Shown here: positions 60,872 to 64,000 of the stretch, piece after piece | Layout: every line of letters begins with the position of its first letter | How positions within the stretch are numbered: the stretch's first letter is position 1 | Origin: the human T2T-CHM13v2.0 reference genome, Homo sapiens | NCBI RefSeq assembly: GCF_009914755.1 | Contig: NC_060929.1 | Direction: 5' to 3' (one strand) | Length of the DNA stretch: 64,000 nt | The notes under the pieces: model-generated | Seen by the model: only the letters and a program-made list of their open reading frames with translations | Database searches by the model: none | Told to the model about the DNA's origin: nothing | Translations under genes and position numbers: made by a program

Positions 60872-63234
60872 ATGTGAAGTATTCTGCAGCAGAATAATCC
60901 AAAACATAGGTTCATCGGGATTATTTAACCTTAAATTTATTTGAATTATATTCTTAGTATAGCTAAATTTAAACTCTTTGTCAAATCAGGATAAAACCAA
61001 GAACACCAGACAGCCTTGACATCTTCTAATTATGTTGCAGTTCAGTTAAGTTTCAGTCACTGGAGCAATCACAGGGTTTTCTCTTTAGATAGAAAGGGAG
61101 AGGGCTTAACATAAAAACAAATGTATGCACTTGCATCAGCTACTCACTAAGGCTAATTGCCCAGACTAGATCAGTTCTGGGTTCCAGATCAAATGGCAAA
61201 AGTAAGAACATTCATTGTGAAACTCAAAAATGCAAACTTTCTTTCGTAATATTATATATATATATATATTTTAATCTTAAATTGCCAATAAATGTCCCTA
61301 TCCTCCACTACAAATTTGCATTTGCTGTTTACTAATTTTATTGTATCATGTATCGAGGATAAAATGATTTTTCTTAGTGAGATTTTTATTTTTCCTGTTT
61401 TGTGAGCAATTTTTATTATGCACATTATTATGGGAATATAATGCGTATGTTTTACCCTGGAAAATAACTAGTATTTTGTTCTCTAGCCTTAGCTAATTAT
61501 ATTAGTCAAATTCTAATTTCCCTTGCTTGGTTTTTGCCTTTTCCTTCATTATGAGATTGTTATCTTTCATTATAAGATTGTTAATATATCTATTTTTCTT
61601 TGAGTCTTTTTCAATTTTTACTTAAAAGTAAAAATGTAAACTGAAAAGCCTACTTTAAGTGCATACTATTCATGTCACAAATATTTTGCTTAATTACAAA
61701 TGTGAAATATATTTGTGGATCATGCCCAGTGCTATTTATGTTAGTCTATATTTGCCAATGTATAGGTTTACTTTAATTCTTAGCATTTGTCCATTTACCA
61801 ACTTTCATTAGTTTCCAAATATATGTGATGCTAAATTTTTAATAAGTTCAAATCTGTAGTTCATATTCAGGAAATATAATTTTTTATGTAATTACTTAGA
61901 GGATTTTGTTTGTTTATATACTATACTGTCAACTTACACATATTTATTTCTTTCTATTTTGCCTTTTCTTCTAATTGATTTTTTTGTAAATTCTATGTTT
62001 GGAAGAGATAATGAAAAATAGGTTGTGTATTCTGTCGTGTTTAGTTGCTCAAAGTCACACTAAGTCAAAATTACTCTTAAAATTTATGTTTAGAAGCCAT
62101 GTAATATGAAATATAATGCTTAGAGCCACATTTATGGTGGCAATATTATCACACTATGTGAGCTCATAGAACTAAGGCCAACTGCAGAGAACAGAGATTT
62201 AAATCTCTCAGAGCCTCATTGCATGTATTTTTCCAGAATATATGGTCATGAGTATAATGAGAGTGTATGGCCTGTATTTGTAAATTTATTTTTTGTTTCA
62301 CTGTATTTGTTTGCTGAATATTGTTCTTAAATTTATCTGTTTTTATAATATTGTATAGTATTATAGACCAAATGTCTCTTTCACGTTTCATGTATCCCTA
62401 GACTTACTTCAAAGGGAGGATATTTTAACTGTCATTATCTAAGGGGAGACTTTTTTTGTGGAAACTCACAAAGAGTTGCATAAATTAAGGTGTTACAAAC
62501 TAGTCTGCTGACTTGTAAATCTATTGATTTCTATGTCTATTCAAACATACAAAAACGATGTCAACAATATCATTACCAGAAATTTATTTCCTCCCTCTCC
62601 CTGCCAGCCTTTGAAAAACAATAATAAGCTCTGCTAATGATATAAAGGCTAATCAATTAAAATAGCTTCTGCTTTCAAAATCAGACTTGTCCTTTGAACT
62701 CTTGTGCCATTTAACAAGTTTCTTTCCTTCAACACTGTAAAAGTACTAATTATGTAATACTACTATACATCACCACATAAATTGACTTTGGTTGCTACAA
62801 AAAAAAGCAAGTGGTAGGTATGAGATCAACCTATGATTTTTACAGCAGATAAAAATTTCCATATGAATTATTTTAGCAATAAAAGATAGAGAAATGTTCA
62901 GTTAGAAATTAATTCAGATTATAGTAATTAAAATTTGTACACCTGTACTATTCACAGAAATAAATTGCAAATTATCATTGCCCACTTCCTGACTGAGATT
63001 CCATTTATATAGTGTGCTAACTATAATTTTACAAACTCACCTGCCTAAATAAGTTTTACAGTCATTTTTAGTAATCACATAAATGGATAATACATTTTTA
63101 AGAGTTAAAAACCTATTCATTACTTTTGCTACCAATAAAATCAGCATTCCTAGGAATATGACAAAATTCTCAAATTTTGAAGAACAAATGAACATTTCAT
63201 TTTTTTTTTTGTTAGGGTAGTTACAGGCCATTAC

Positions 63235-63600
63235 TGCCTTAGTCAGTTTGGGCTGCTAGAACATACTACTGCAGATTCCGTGGCTTACACAGTAGAAATT
63301 TATTTCTCACAGTTCTAGAGCTGGAAAATCTAAGATCAAGACAATGCCAGATCTGTTGTCTGCTGAGGGCCCATTTTCTGGTTTGTAGACTGTTGTTATC
63401 TCTTTGTGTCCTCACATGGTGCAAAGAGAGAGATCATCTCTCTCAAGTCTCTTCATATAAGGACACCAATCCCTTTCATGAAAGCTTCCCTCTCATGATC
63501 TAATTGCCCCAGCAAAGGCTCTATTTCTAATAACTTCACATTGGAAATCTAGGCTTCAACACTTGAAATTTTAGGAGACCCAAACATTCAGTCTATAGCC
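63235..63600 (-). mobile_element. MLT1A0-type MaLR LTR
   Basis: ttagtcagtttgggctgct...gaaatttatttctcacagttctag...caaacattcagtctatagc. Confidence 0.85.
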
Positions 63601-64000
63601 AAAAAAAAAAAAAATGAAAGTTTAGTGATGCTAATAATGATATTTTTCTCTTCGGATTTCCTAAACAACTGAAAGGAGACATGCGTCCAGTGATCCAAAA
63701 TCCAGAGATTTGGGATACATTACAAAGAAAGATAGTACTTAAATATACTTCCTCTTCTTCTGCCCATTCCTTTTTCAAGTTCAGATTTTTTGGCCTATTT
63801 GTGAGAAAGTTAAATATCATATTTTGTTTAAATCTGCATGAAATATAAACATATTTTCTGCACCCAGAGAAGTGTGTGTGCATGTGCTTGTGTATGTGTG
63901 AATTTCTTTGCATCCTGTGAGCATAGAAGGATCAGTTAGATCCTATGTTTCCATCACTTACTGGCCAAACATAATAGCCTTTGACGCCAACTTCTTAGCG

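Noticed and set aside
62590-62602. CCTCCCTCTCCCT 7/8 hotspot-motif match
   Set aside because: Low-complexity pyrimidine run with no favourable repeat background; expected by chance.

Overview
Human genomic DNA, identified as the 5p14 locus from the gene it contains. The first ~14 kb holds the 3' part of PRDM9 on the + strand: coding exons 5-11 in the usual 11-exon numbering, with the KRAB exons upstream of the window. These exons encode the SSXRD, zinc knuckle, PR/SET methyltransferase, post-SET finger and a 13 x 84-bp C2H2 zinc-finger minisatellite. The finger order reads ABCDDECFGHFIJ, which is allele A (Ser681), not the GRCh37/38 reference allele B. Three ERV1 LTR pieces follow the gene. 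From ~15.9 kb the window is an AT-rich gene desert of L1, L2, Alu, MaLR/ERV LTRs, one MADE1 and microsatellites, with no other supportable gene. The main biological system here (PRDM9 hotspot specification) is well known, and I cannot claim a new one. The best leads are: a fossil 14th finger that supplies the stop codon and a poly(A) hexamer; an open +1 frame across the whole array; an antisense LTR facing the array; a candidate duplication breakpoint at ~15.9 kb; and templated-insertion scars beside a THE1/MST LTR carrying the CCTCCCT hotspot core. Repeat subfamily names come from recalled consensus sequences and need RepeatMasker/Dfam confirmation. Repeat boundaries without a stated TSD are approximate.
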